From: an uncultured Deferribacteres bacterium
Lineage (GTDB): Bacteria > Zhuqueibacterota > Zhuqueibacteria > Zhuqueibacterales > Geothermadaptataceae
Assembly (NCBI GenBank): GCA_964014485.1
Contig: CAXHAT010000205.1
Span: 1-13,614, forward strand
Reading direction: 5' to 3'
Length of the DNA: 13,614 nt
The notes below the pieces were generated by a model. The model had not been told where the DNA came from and searched no databases. It saw only the letters and a program-made list of their open reading frames with translations. Below are positions 1 to 7,345 of the stretch, in pieces. Position numbers and translations under genes: made by a program. Every line of letters begins with the position of its first letter. Position 1 is the stretch's first letter.

Positions 1-32
1 CGTCGGCAGCGTCAGATGTGTATAAGAGACAG
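1..32 (+). other. Untrimmed Nextera read-1 adapter including the 19-bp Tn5 mosaic end (library artefact)
   Basis: CGTCGGCAGCGTC-AGATGTGTATAAGAGACAG is the Nextera adapter TCGTCGGCAGCGTCAGATGTGTATAAGAGACAG minus its first base. The mosaic end is at 14-32 and the sequence sits at the extreme end of the window. Confidence 0.99.
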
Positions 33-33
33 C

Positions 34-834
34 TGGAATAACTTTGCAAACGCAATTTTTATCGGTCTTGTGCTGCTGCCGGTCGCCTTCACTTTTTCCA
101 TAAAAACCTTCCCGCTTTACTTGCGCCTCGCGTCTATCGACTGGCCTGTTCGAAGTGCGGCAATCATTTATCTCGCGGGGCTGCTTTTACAAATCCTCCC
201 GTTTTCTCCGGTTATCAAAAGCATCCCGCCTCAAATTGCATTTCCAATCATCTATGTTGCAACCATCGTAAAAGCGCTCGTCATCATTATTTTTGTCTGG
301 AAGCTCGATCTTTTCTACAAATCAAGACCGGCCTGGAGCGCCGCGATTAAAATAACGCCCAAAACCGACCGCAAGCCGACGCGGAAAAATATGCCGGATT
401 ACGGGGAGTTCGGACGATTTGAGCGTTTAATTTATTCTGCGTACTTTTGGCTGGTTGTCGGGGCGGTTTTCGAAGCGTTCTACGCACTTTCGGATTTGCT
501 GCAACTGGGAATTCCCCACGGCGGCGATCTGGTGCGGCACGCTTATCTGTTGGGATTTATCACTTTGCTCATTTTCGGCATGTCCGTACGGATGATCCCC
601 GGATTTTTGAAAAAAAAGCGCATTGCCAGCACAAAGCTCGTAGACGCGACTTTTTGGCTTGGCAACACAGCGGCCGTATTTCGAATTGCACCCTTGGCTT
701 TTCCCGCCACGGCGTTTGACAAAATTCCGCTGCTAACGGAAATAAGCGGCGGCGCGTTTGCCTATTCCGGCGTCATCGGCATGGCCGCGATTTTGTGTCT
801 GATGATCAATTTGCAGAAGACGATGAAGCAATGA
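34..834 (+). CDS. 5'-truncated polytopic membrane protein, NnrS-like
   Basis: Open frame from the adapter junction to TGA at 832-834, with about 7 hydrophobic segments. DLVRHAYLLGFITLLIFGMSVRMIPGF resembles the H...G...G...R repeat of NnrS-type proteins. The true start lies outside the native sequence. Confidence 0.6.
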   Translation, partial: WNNFANAIFIGLVLLPVAFTFSIKTFPLYLRLASIDWPVRSAAIIYLAGLLLQILPFSPVIKSIPPQIAFPIIYVATIVKALVIIIFVWKLDLFYKSRPAWSAAIKITPKTDRKPTRKNMPDYGEFGRFERLIYSAYFWLVVGAVFEAFYALSDLLQLGIPHGGDLVRHAYLLGFITLLIFGMSVRMIPGFLKKKRIASTKLVDATFWLGNTAAVFRIAPLAFPATAFDKIPLLTEISGGAFAYSGVIGMAAILCLMINLQKTMKQ

Positions 835-936
835 CCACTGAGACCGGGTAATTTTTGACCGGATTAACAAGATCAACCGGATTTATAACTCCATAAAATC
901 TCATATTAGGATGGCGCCAACGGCCGGTCCTGTTAA

Positions 937-1065
937 CTGATGTTACGCATTCTCGGAAATTTTCCAAGAAGCACCTGAGAAATGTCACTTTTACGTCATT
1001 CCCGCCTGCGCGGGAATGACTTTAATGAGGGCTTCTGCGGCGTCACTGCTGTCGCGTAACATCAG
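937..1065. mobile_element. 129-bp MITE-like element with 12-bp terminal inverted repeats and a 7-bp target-site duplication
   Basis: CTGATGTTACGC (937-948) and GCGTAACATCAG (1054-1065) are perfect reverse complements. CTGTTAA directly flanks both ends (930-936 and 1066-1072). It is too short to encode a transposase. Confidence 0.85.
994..1020 (+). repeat. CGTC-tagged REP-like hairpin with a dRS3-type core (ATTCCC-N8-GGGAAT)
   Basis: C-GTCATTCCCGC-CTGC-GCGGGAATGAC forms a perfect 11-bp stem with a 4-nt loop. Related copies lie at 8528-8600. Confidence 0.85.
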
Positions 1066-1129
1066 CTGTTAATCTGGTTGATCCTGTCAAAAACAGAAAA
1101 AGCACAAATTATAGAGCTGAAAATACTAA

Positions 1130-1996
1130 ATGAATGATCAAATCATCAGTGTTGAAAATCTCCGTTTCGCTTATCCCAAAAGCGCGGACGAGACGCTGAA
1201 ATCGCTGAGTTTTTCTATTCGTCGCGGCGAAATTTTCGGCTTTTTGGGGCCAAGCGGCGCAGGCAAAAGCACGACACAAAAAATACTCATCGGGCTGCTC
1301 AAAAGCTTCTCCGGACAAGTTGATTGTCTAGGCCGCTCCGTTAACGCCTGGAAGTCGGACTATTACGAACGCATCGGGGTTTCGTTTGAGCTGCCCAATC
1401 ATTACCTGAAAATGACGGCGCGGGAGAATCTGAACTATTTTCGCGCCCTATACGCCGGGGAGGTTGAAAACGCTGAAGCGGTTTTGGAGAGCGTCGGGCT
1501 CTTGGAAGACGCCGACAAGCGCGTCGGCGCATTTTCAAAAGGTATGAAAAACCGGCTGACGCTGGCGCGGGCGCTGCTTAACAAACCGGAATTGTTTTTT
1601 CTCGACGAACCAACCGCAGGTCTCGATCCCGCCACCGCCCGCACCATCAAAAATTTGATTCGACAAAAACGGCAAGACGGAGCGACTGTTTTTCTAACAA
1701 CGCACGACATGAGCGCAGCCGATCAGCTTTGCGACCGCGTCGCGTTCATTGTCGACGGCGAAATCAAATTGATCGATTCGCCGGAAGCGCTGAAATTACG
1801 TTACGGCAGACGCAGTGTAAAAATCGAATTTGAGCAAAAAAACGGCGTTTGGAAAAAAGAATTTCCATTACAGGAAATTGGCGGGAACGAAGCGTTTCTG
1901 AAAATATTGCGCGAGGAGAAGATTCGAACCATCCACACCCAGGAAAGCACGCTCGAGAATATTTTTATTGAAGTTACGGGAAAAAGCCTGCGATGA
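1130..1996 (+). CDS. ABC-2 type exporter ATP-binding protein (Rv2688c-like)
   Basis: Walker A GPSGAGKST, signature FSKGMK, Walker B/D-loop LFFLDEPTAGLDP and H-loop TTH. ATGA overlap with the next gene. Confidence 0.95.
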   Translation: MNDQIISVENLRFAYPKSADETLKSLSFSIRRGEIFGFLGPSGAGKSTTQKILIGLLKSFSGQVDCLGRSVNAWKSDYYERIGVSFELPNHYLKMTARENLNYFRALYAGEVENAEAVLESVGLLEDADKRVGAFSKGMKNRLTLARALLNKPELFFLDEPTAGLDPATARTIKNLIRQKRQDGATVFLTTHDMSAADQLCDRVAFIVDGEIKLIDSPEALKLRYGRRSVKIEFEQKNGVWKKEFPLQEIGGNEAFLKILREEKIRTIHTQESTLENIFIEVTGKSLR

Positions 1997-2676
1997 AGCG
2001 ATTTCTTGCCGCCCTGCGCACGGATATTTTGATTCAATTTCGCAATGGTTTTTACCTTGTTGGCGGAATTATCACGGTCGGCTTGATCGCCACAGCGGGT
2101 CTTGTCCCGAAGAGCGTGAGCCTTGATTTGATTTTGCCGCTTTTTATCGTGCAGCATTCCATCGTCACGACTTTTTTCTTTGCCGGCGCGCTCATTCTTT
2201 TGGAAAAAAGCGAAAACGTGCAATCGGCGCTGGCCGTGACTCCGTTGCTGCCAAGTGAGTACTTGTGGAGCAAAATCATTTCGCTGCAAATACTTGTGTT
2301 GCTGGAAACTTTGCCGATTTTGTTGATCTTGCGCGGTATTGATTTGGCGTGGGCGCCGTTTTTCGCTGCGATATTTCTACTTTCCATATTGTTCTCAGCG
2401 CTCGGGATCGCGCTCGCAATGTGTTACCACACAATGAATACATTTTTGCCGCCGTCCATCGGAGCGGTGTTGTTGTTATTGTTGCCATACCTCGATCATC
2501 TCGAATTGGTCGAAAGTCCGTTCTTTTTCTTCCATCCGGTACAGCCAATTTTTGCATTGCTGCGCGCGGCGCTTCAACTTGGGACGTCGTTTGAAATTAT
2601 TTTTGGCCTAACAGTCGGGGCTGTGTGGGCGTGGATTGCTTTCATCATTGCCGGAAGGATGATCAAAAAAGCATAA
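1993..2676 (+). CDS. ABC-2 type exporter permease (Rv2687c-like)
   Basis: About 6 TM segments and the motif GALILLEKSENVQSALAVTPL...YLWSK. Translationally coupled to the ATPase. Confidence 0.88.
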   Translation: MKRFLAALRTDILIQFRNGFYLVGGIITVGLIATAGLVPKSVSLDLILPLFIVQHSIVTTFFFAGALILLEKSENVQSALAVTPLLPSEYLWSKIISLQILVLLETLPILLILRGIDLAWAPFFAAIFLLSILFSALGIALAMCYHTMNTFLPPSIGAVLLLLLPYLDHLELVESPFFFFHPVQPIFALLRAALQLGTSFEIIFGLTVGAVWAWIAFIIAGRMIKKA

Positions 2677-2681
2677 ACGAA

Positions 2682-2706
2682 GTACGGATGCGACGCTTCG
2701 CACCCT
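2682..2706 (+). repeat. Degenerate REP-like hairpin between the two permease genes
   Basis: GTAC-GGATGCGA-CGCT-TCGCACCC-T forms an 8-bp stem with one mismatch, preceded by GTAC, one base off the GTAG tag. Confidence 0.4.
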
Positions 2707-2734
2707 TATTTTTCGCGGGAAAATATATCGACTT

Positions 2735-3478
2735 ATGTCTAAACCCTATTTTCACTTAAACCGCTATCTCACCATCGCGCGCGGCGATTTTCGAAATGTC
2801 TGGCGCGATCCCATGCTGATCTGGACGCCTTTCCTGGCCGTCTTCGTCGCTTTGATTCTGCGCGTCGGCCTGCCAATTGCGCAATCCATTGTTCTCGAGG
2901 AATTTGCCTTCGATCTGACGCCTTATTTTCCGTTAATCGTCAGCACATACATTGTCCTAACGCCGCAGCTCACAGGCTCGCTTGTCGGCTTTTTGCTGCT
3001 GGACGAACGTGACGAGCGTACGTTGACCGCAATGCGCGTTACGCCAATTTCCATGTCGCGCTACCTGGCTTTCCGTCTTGCCTTGCCAGTGCTGTTGTCG
3101 ATCATTCTCACCATGAGCTGCTACCCAATGATCGGCCATATCCCGCTGCCCTTTTTGAAACTATTGTTGGTTTCGTTGCTTGCCGCCTCAACCGCTCCGG
3201 TGATGGCGCTTTTTATGGCCGCCTTCGCAGAAAACAAAGTCGCCGGATTCGCTGTAATGAAATTCGCCAACGGCTTGATGATGATTCCGATGGCCGCGTA
3301 TTTTTTTGAGACGGATTGGAGTTATTTGGCAGGGATTATTTCGACTTTCTGGCCGGTAAAAGCTTTCTGGTTGGCGTCGGCGGGAGAGAGTTTTGGGAGC
3401 GTTTTCTGGGGCGGGCTTGGAGCAAATTTGATCGTTACGGCGCTTTTGTTTCGCAGATTTAAGAAGCAATTGTCTTAG
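2735..3478 (+). CDS. ABC-2 type exporter permease (Rv2686c-like)
   Basis: About 6 TM segments and motifs RDPML, GFLLLDERDERTLTAMRVTP...YL and AENKVAGFAVMK. Paralogous to the upstream permease. Confidence 0.9.
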   Translation: MSKPYFHLNRYLTIARGDFRNVWRDPMLIWTPFLAVFVALILRVGLPIAQSIVLEEFAFDLTPYFPLIVSTYIVLTPQLTGSLVGFLLLDERDERTLTAMRVTPISMSRYLAFRLALPVLLSIILTMSCYPMIGHIPLPFLKLLLVSLLAASTAPVMALFMAAFAENKVAGFAVMKFANGLMMIPMAAYFFETDWSYLAGIISTFWPVKAFWLASAGESFGSVFWGGLGANLIVTALLFRRFKKQLS

Positions 3479-4172
3479 CTTTCGATTCGTTCTCTCTTAA
3501 TCGACAGGCAAGACCGTAAGTCAAAAGCGCAGTGATAATAATCGGCAGCACAAAATTCAGTAAATTTATAAGTCCGGTAAGTTCCGCGTAATTTTCTCCT
3601 TTAACAGCGATGAGTATTTGATCTCCAATTGGGCCTTTTGAAAAAACGCTGTTTGTGACGTAATTCCAGCCAAAGTGCAGGCCAATCGGCAGAGCCATCG
3701 ATTTCGTGGCCGTGAACGAATAGGCCCAAGCCAGGCCCATTAAGCCTGTAGCCCCAAAAACGACCGTCATGGCTATCGGATTCCCAATCACGCCGAAGGA
3801 GAACCAATGGTAAATTCCAAAGGCTGCGCCGGAAAGCAGAACGCCCTTTTTTACGCCCAATCTTTCGACGGCAATGAACAGCAATGCACCGCGAAATATG
3901 AATTCTTCAAATAAGACGGATTTTAGATTCCACCAAATTGACTCCCCGAATATATAGACGTCAAGATTGTCGTTGAGCTTCCAATCCAAATGCGTCAGCC
4001 ATGACTCAAACAATTGGAAGGCGCCGCACAACACGCTGGCGAACATCACCCCGATTAAAAACTGAAAGAACCGTTTTTTAAAAGGGCGGTAACCAAGTGC
4101 GGATAAATCTTTTTGTTGAACAAATCTGAGTAACGCCCACGAAACCAGCAGTTGAACGAAAATACCGAGCAT
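3459..4172 (-). CDS. CPBP family (CAAX/Abi-like) intramembrane glutamic endopeptidase
   Basis: Motifs EEFIFRG, FGIYH and HFGWN with multiple TM helices. Start placed at ATG 4172, just after the folD stop, rather than TTG 4208, which overlaps folD. Confidence 0.9.
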   Translation of the reverse strand: MLGIFVQLLVSWALLRFVQQKDLSALGYRPFKKRFFQFLIGVMFASVLCGAFQLFESWLTHLDWKLNDNLDVYIFGESIWWNLKSVLFEEFIFRGALLFIAVERLGVKKGVLLSGAAFGIYHWFSFGVIGNPIAMTVVFGATGLMGLAWAYSFTATKSMALPIGLHFGWNYVTNSVFSKGPIGDQILIAVKGENYAELTGLINLLNFVLPIIITALLTYGLACRLRENESKAKTIAS

Positions 4173-4179
4173 TACATTC

Positions 4180-5025
4180 TCATGCCCCAACGCTTTCCGC
4201 GGACTCAACCGTCTGCGCGATCAAAGTTGCAATCGTCATCGGGCCGACGCCGCCGGGGACGGGGGTGTAAGCTTGACATTTGTCGATGATCGCCGAGATT
4301 TCAATATCGCCGACCGGGCCGGGGTTATAGCCAGCGTCAACCACTATCGCGCCGTCCTTGATCCAATCACCGCGAATAAACTCCGGCCTGCCCACGGCAC
4401 CAACGACAATATCCCCCTGCTTTACAATTTCCGACAGATTTTGAGTACGTGAATGACAAATGGTCACCGTTGAGTGCTCATTCAAAAGCATCATCGCCAT
4501 CGGCTTGCCGAGAATCGGGCTGCGCCCCACAACAACGGCGTTCTTGCCGGAAATGGGAAGATCATAGTGTTTGATCAATCGCATAATTCCAGCCGGCGTT
4601 GCGGAACCGTACGCTTCCTCGCCCATTGCCATGCGTCCAAAGCCATGCGTCGTTACGCCGTCAACGTCTTTGGCAATGCTGATTCGGTCGAAGCAGGCGC
4701 GCTCGTCGATTTGGCCAGGCACTGGGTGCTGCAATAAAATGCCGTGCACGTCGGGCGTATCATTCAGGCGGTCGATTTCAGCAAGCAGTTGTTCGGTGGT
4801 CGTTTCTTCCGGTAGAACGACTTTCAAGGATTCCATACCGACGCGTTCGCAAGCGTTGCCTTTCATGCGAACGTAGGTTGCGGAGGCCGGGTCGTCTCCG
4901 ACCAGAATCGTCGCCAAAATTGGCGCTTTACCGCCGGAGTTTTGTTTGAGTTTTTCAACGCGCTGACGCAAGTCAGCTTCCATTTCCTTGGCGAGCGTTT
5001 TTCCGTCTAAAAGCAGTCCGGGCAT
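4180..5025 (-). CDS. folD: Bifunctional methylenetetrahydrofolate dehydrogenase/cyclohydrolase
   Basis: YVRMK (YxxxK), [23 protein letters not shown] and [16 protein letters not shown] over 281 aa. AAGGA lies upstream of the ATG. Confidence 0.98.
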   Translation of the reverse strand: MPGLLLDGKTLAKEMEADLRQRVEKLKQNSGGKAPILATILVGDDPASATYVRMKGNACERVGMESLKVVLPEETTTEQLLAEIDRLNDTPDVHGILLQHPVPGQIDERACFDRISIAKDVDGVTTHGFGRMAMGEEAYGSATPAGIMRLIKHYDLPISGKNAVVVGRSPILGKPMAMMLLNEHSTVTICHSRTQNLSEIVKQGDIVVGAVGRPEFIRGDWIKDGAIVVDAGYNPGPVGDIEISAIIDKCQAYTPVPGGVGPMTIATLIAQTVESAESVGA

Positions 5026-5057
5026 TTATAGTTTTCCTTTTTCCGTTTAAACTTTAC

Positions 5058-5082
5058 AGGGGCTTATTGCGATACGCCCTAC
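5058..5082 (-). repeat. GTAG-tagged REP-like palindrome; its TAG is the cysteine desulfurase stop codon
   Basis: The minus strand reads GTAGGGCGTATCGCAATAAGCCCCT: a GTAG tag followed by an imperfect palindrome. Confidence 0.7.
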
Positions 5083-6257
5083 ACGCTGTTTCGTCGGGAA
5101 GAATCGCCATTCTTGCGCAATTTTGCAACGGCTTTTGCGAAAATTTTTACGATAGCGTCGACTTCTTCGGCGGTGGTGAACTGCCCGGTTGAAAATCGAA
5201 TCGTGCCCATGCCGTAATCTATCGGCGTTTTCATGGCTTTTAGCGCGGCGGAGAGTTCAATCGCATCGGCGTCGCAGGCGGAACCGGCAGAAACCGCAAC
5301 TTGCTCTCCGGTTTCCATCAAAAGATCGGTAGAACGCACATTTCGAAACCCCAAGCTCAAAGTGTTTGGCAAACGATTTTCCGGATGGCCGTTTAATCGA
5401 ACGTCGGCAATGCTTTCCTCCAGTCCTTCGTGCAGGCGATCACGCATATTTTTTAGGTGCTCCGCTCCGCCTGCTTGCAATTTTTTTGAGGCCAAATCAC
5501 AGGCCTTGCCAAGCCCGACGATTTGCAGCGCATTTTCCGTCCCCGCCCGGCGACCGTTTTCATGACCTGCGCCATGAATCAGCGGTTCGAATTTCACGCC
5601 TTTGCGACAATAAAGTGCGCCGACGCCCTTCGAGGCATAAAGCTTGTGCCCTGCCAGCGAAAGAAAATCAACGCCAAGTTCTTGCACGTCGCAAGTGATT
5701 TTTCCAGCGGATTGAGCGGCGTCGGTATGCAGCAAAACGCCGTTTTTTCGGCAGATGTGAGAAATATCCCGGATCGGCTGAATCGAGCCGACTTCGTTGT
5801 TGGCGTGCATAACGCTGACGATCACGGTCTCCGGAGTAATTGCACGCGTGACGTCTTCCGGAGCGACAACGCCGAAGCGATCCACCGGCAAGTATGTCAC
5901 TTTCCACCCAAGTTTTTCGAGAAATTTGCAGACCTGAATCGTCGCCGGATGCTCGACGGACGAGGTGATAACGTGCTTGCGTTTTTCAACATTTGCGAAC
6001 GCCGCACCCTTGATCGCCGTGTTGTTCGATTCGCTGCCGCCGCTCGTAAAAACGATTTCCGACGGCTCGCAATTGAGCAAGGCCGCAACTTGCCCGCGCG
6101 CTTTTTTGATTGCCGAACGAACTTCGCGGCCAAAAATGTGGCTGCTGGACGGGTTGCCGAAAAACTGCGCCAGAAAAGGCTGCATCGCTTGCGCAACATC
6201 CGGGTGGACGGGCGTCGTGGCGTTGTAATCCAGGTAAATCGGCTTCATCGATATCAC
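5079..6257 (-). CDS. iscS: Cysteine desulfurase, IscS/NifS-like (class V PLP enzyme)
   Basis: IYLDYNATTP, GNPSS, FTSGGSESNN, MHANNEVG, HTDAAQ, PLP lysine in AGHK, RAGTEN and catalytic Cys in SAGSAC. The start is either GTG 6257 (GTGA overlap with the GH16 stop) or ATG 6248. No isc scaffold genes are adjacent, so the symbol indicates family only. Confidence 0.93.
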   Translation of the reverse strand: MISMKPIYLDYNATTPVHPDVAQAMQPFLAQFFGNPSSSHIFGREVRSAIKKARGQVAALLNCEPSEIVFTSGGSESNNTAIKGAAFANVEKRKHVITSSVEHPATIQVCKFLEKLGWKVTYLPVDRFGVVAPEDVTRAITPETVIVSVMHANNEVGSIQPIRDISHICRKNGVLLHTDAAQSAGKITCDVQELGVDFLSLAGHKLYASKGVGALYCRKGVKFEPLIHGAGHENGRRAGTENALQIVGLGKACDLASKKLQAGGAEHLKNMRDRLHEGLEESIADVRLNGHPENRLPNTLSLGFRNVRSTDLLMETGEQVAVSAGSACDADAIELSAALKAMKTPIDYGMGTIRFSTGQFTTAEEVDAIVKIFAKAVAKLRKNGDSSRRNSV

Positions 6258-7096
6258 TCGGCCTTCTCGTAAACACGAACGTAATCGATCTCTAATGTTT
6301 GAGGAAACTGCGTGGTCTCATCGGGATTTCCTGGCCAGTTCCCGCCGACAGCAAGATTCAACAAAATGTGAAATCGCTGATTAAACGGCGCGGGGAACGG
6401 ATGCCCTTCCGTACTCCACTCTTTTTGAGTTTGGTAATGCTTGCCGTCTACCGACCAACGAATTTCCCCTTCCTCCCATTCTATGGAAAAAACATGAAAA
6501 TCCTGCGAAAATGTTCCAACAGACAGCGTGTAGGATCCGCCGGTAAATTTATTTTTGGGCCAGGCTGCGCCATAATGCAGCGTCCCGTGAACTTTGTTGG
6601 GCTCATGGCCAACCAGTTCCATGACATCGATTTCGCCGCTGGCCGCCCAGCCGCCGTAGACGTTATCCGTCGGCAGCATCCAGATCGCCGGCCAGATTCC
6701 CTGCCCGAAAGGCAGTTTGGCGCGCACTTCGATACGCCCGTACTTCCAATCGCCCTTGTTCAGCGTGCGAAGACGCGCGGAAGTGTATTCTCGCGTCCCT
6801 TCAACATCGGTGTACGTTTCACGCCGCGCCTGAATGACAAGAACGCCGTCTTTTACAAAAGAATTCTCCCGCCGTGCCGTGTAATATTGCAATTCATTAT
6901 TTCCGCCGCCCCAAGCGTTGACTTCGTGGCTCCACTTCGTCGGATCAATATTAACGCCGTCAAATTCATCCTGCCAAACGAGACTCCAGCCGTCAATTTC
7001 CCACTCCGAGGTTTCCTCGGTTTGGCTGATTGTTTTTTCACTGCAAGCAGTGAGTAAGAACAGGATGCTCAAGCACGTAAGAAAACGTCTGCACAT
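6254..7096 (-). CDS. Glycoside hydrolase family 16 (laminarinase/beta-1,3-glucanase-like) lipoprotein
   Basis: WQDEFDG, GGGNNELQYY, YTSARL, WPAIWML, catalytic EIDVME, LLNLAVGG and IDYVRVY. Lipobox LTAC follows a basic/hydrophobic leader. AAGGAG lies 6 nt before ATG 7096. Confidence 0.95.
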   Translation of the reverse strand: MCRRFLTCLSILFLLTACSEKTISQTEETSEWEIDGWSLVWQDEFDGVNIDPTKWSHEVNAWGGGNNELQYYTARRENSFVKDGVLVIQARRETYTDVEGTREYTSARLRTLNKGDWKYGRIEVRAKLPFGQGIWPAIWMLPTDNVYGGWAASGEIDVMELVGHEPNKVHGTLHYGAAWPKNKFTGGSYTLSVGTFSQDFHVFSIEWEEGEIRWSVDGKHYQTQKEWSTEGHPFPAPFNQRFHILLNLAVGGNWPGNPDETTQFPQTLEIDYVRVYEKAE

Positions 7097-7345
7097 TCGG
7101 AACTCCTTGGTCAAAAAGTATTCAAAAATTGTTCAGGTAAAGTATCGCCAAAGCAGGTTTTGAGGAAGGACATTTCTTTAAAAAAAACAAGGAATGCGCA
7201 ACAAAGATGTGAATTGCGTTATCGGGAGTGCGATGATTTATCGTCGCCAGTGACGGCAAACGCACTCAAATGCTGAAGCGATTGACTCCGAATCTAGCGC
7301 ATTTTGGTAAAGCAGACAATCATGAGGAAGCCATGCGACGGTCGA

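Larger units (their letters stand above)
852..1093. repeat. Imperfect 30-bp inverted repeat with 9-bp periodicity; right arm interrupted by a MITE
   Basis: Left arm 852-881 is TTTTTGACCGGATTAACAAGATCAACCGGA. The right arm rebuilt from 928-936 plus 1073-1093 has reverse complement TTTTTGACAGGATCAACCAGATTAACAGGA, which is 25/30 identical. Confidence 0.8.

Noticed and set aside
14..32. Genuine Tn5/IS50 end
   Set aside because: It is the synthetic mosaic end preceded by the Nextera primer sequence at the window edge, with no transposase nearby.
806..988. 60-aa minus-strand ORF with NPV repeats
   Set aside because: It is a translation of the 9-bp repeat arm and MITE, with no other coding support.
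1130..3478. Fluoroquinolone resistance determinant
   Set aside because: Family resemblance to Rv2686c-2688c does not establish the substrate.
5523..7057. Long + strand ORFs 5523-6272 and 6299-7057
   Set aside because: They are antisense shadows of the cysteine desulfurase and GH16 genes with no recognisable motifs. The same applies to the other short overlapping ORFs in the track.
7097..7345. Promoter, terminator or riboswitch upstream of the GH16-iscS-folD run
   Set aside because: A promoter is plausible in this AT-rich gap, but I found no convincing -35/-10 pair, U-tailed hairpin or known aptamer.
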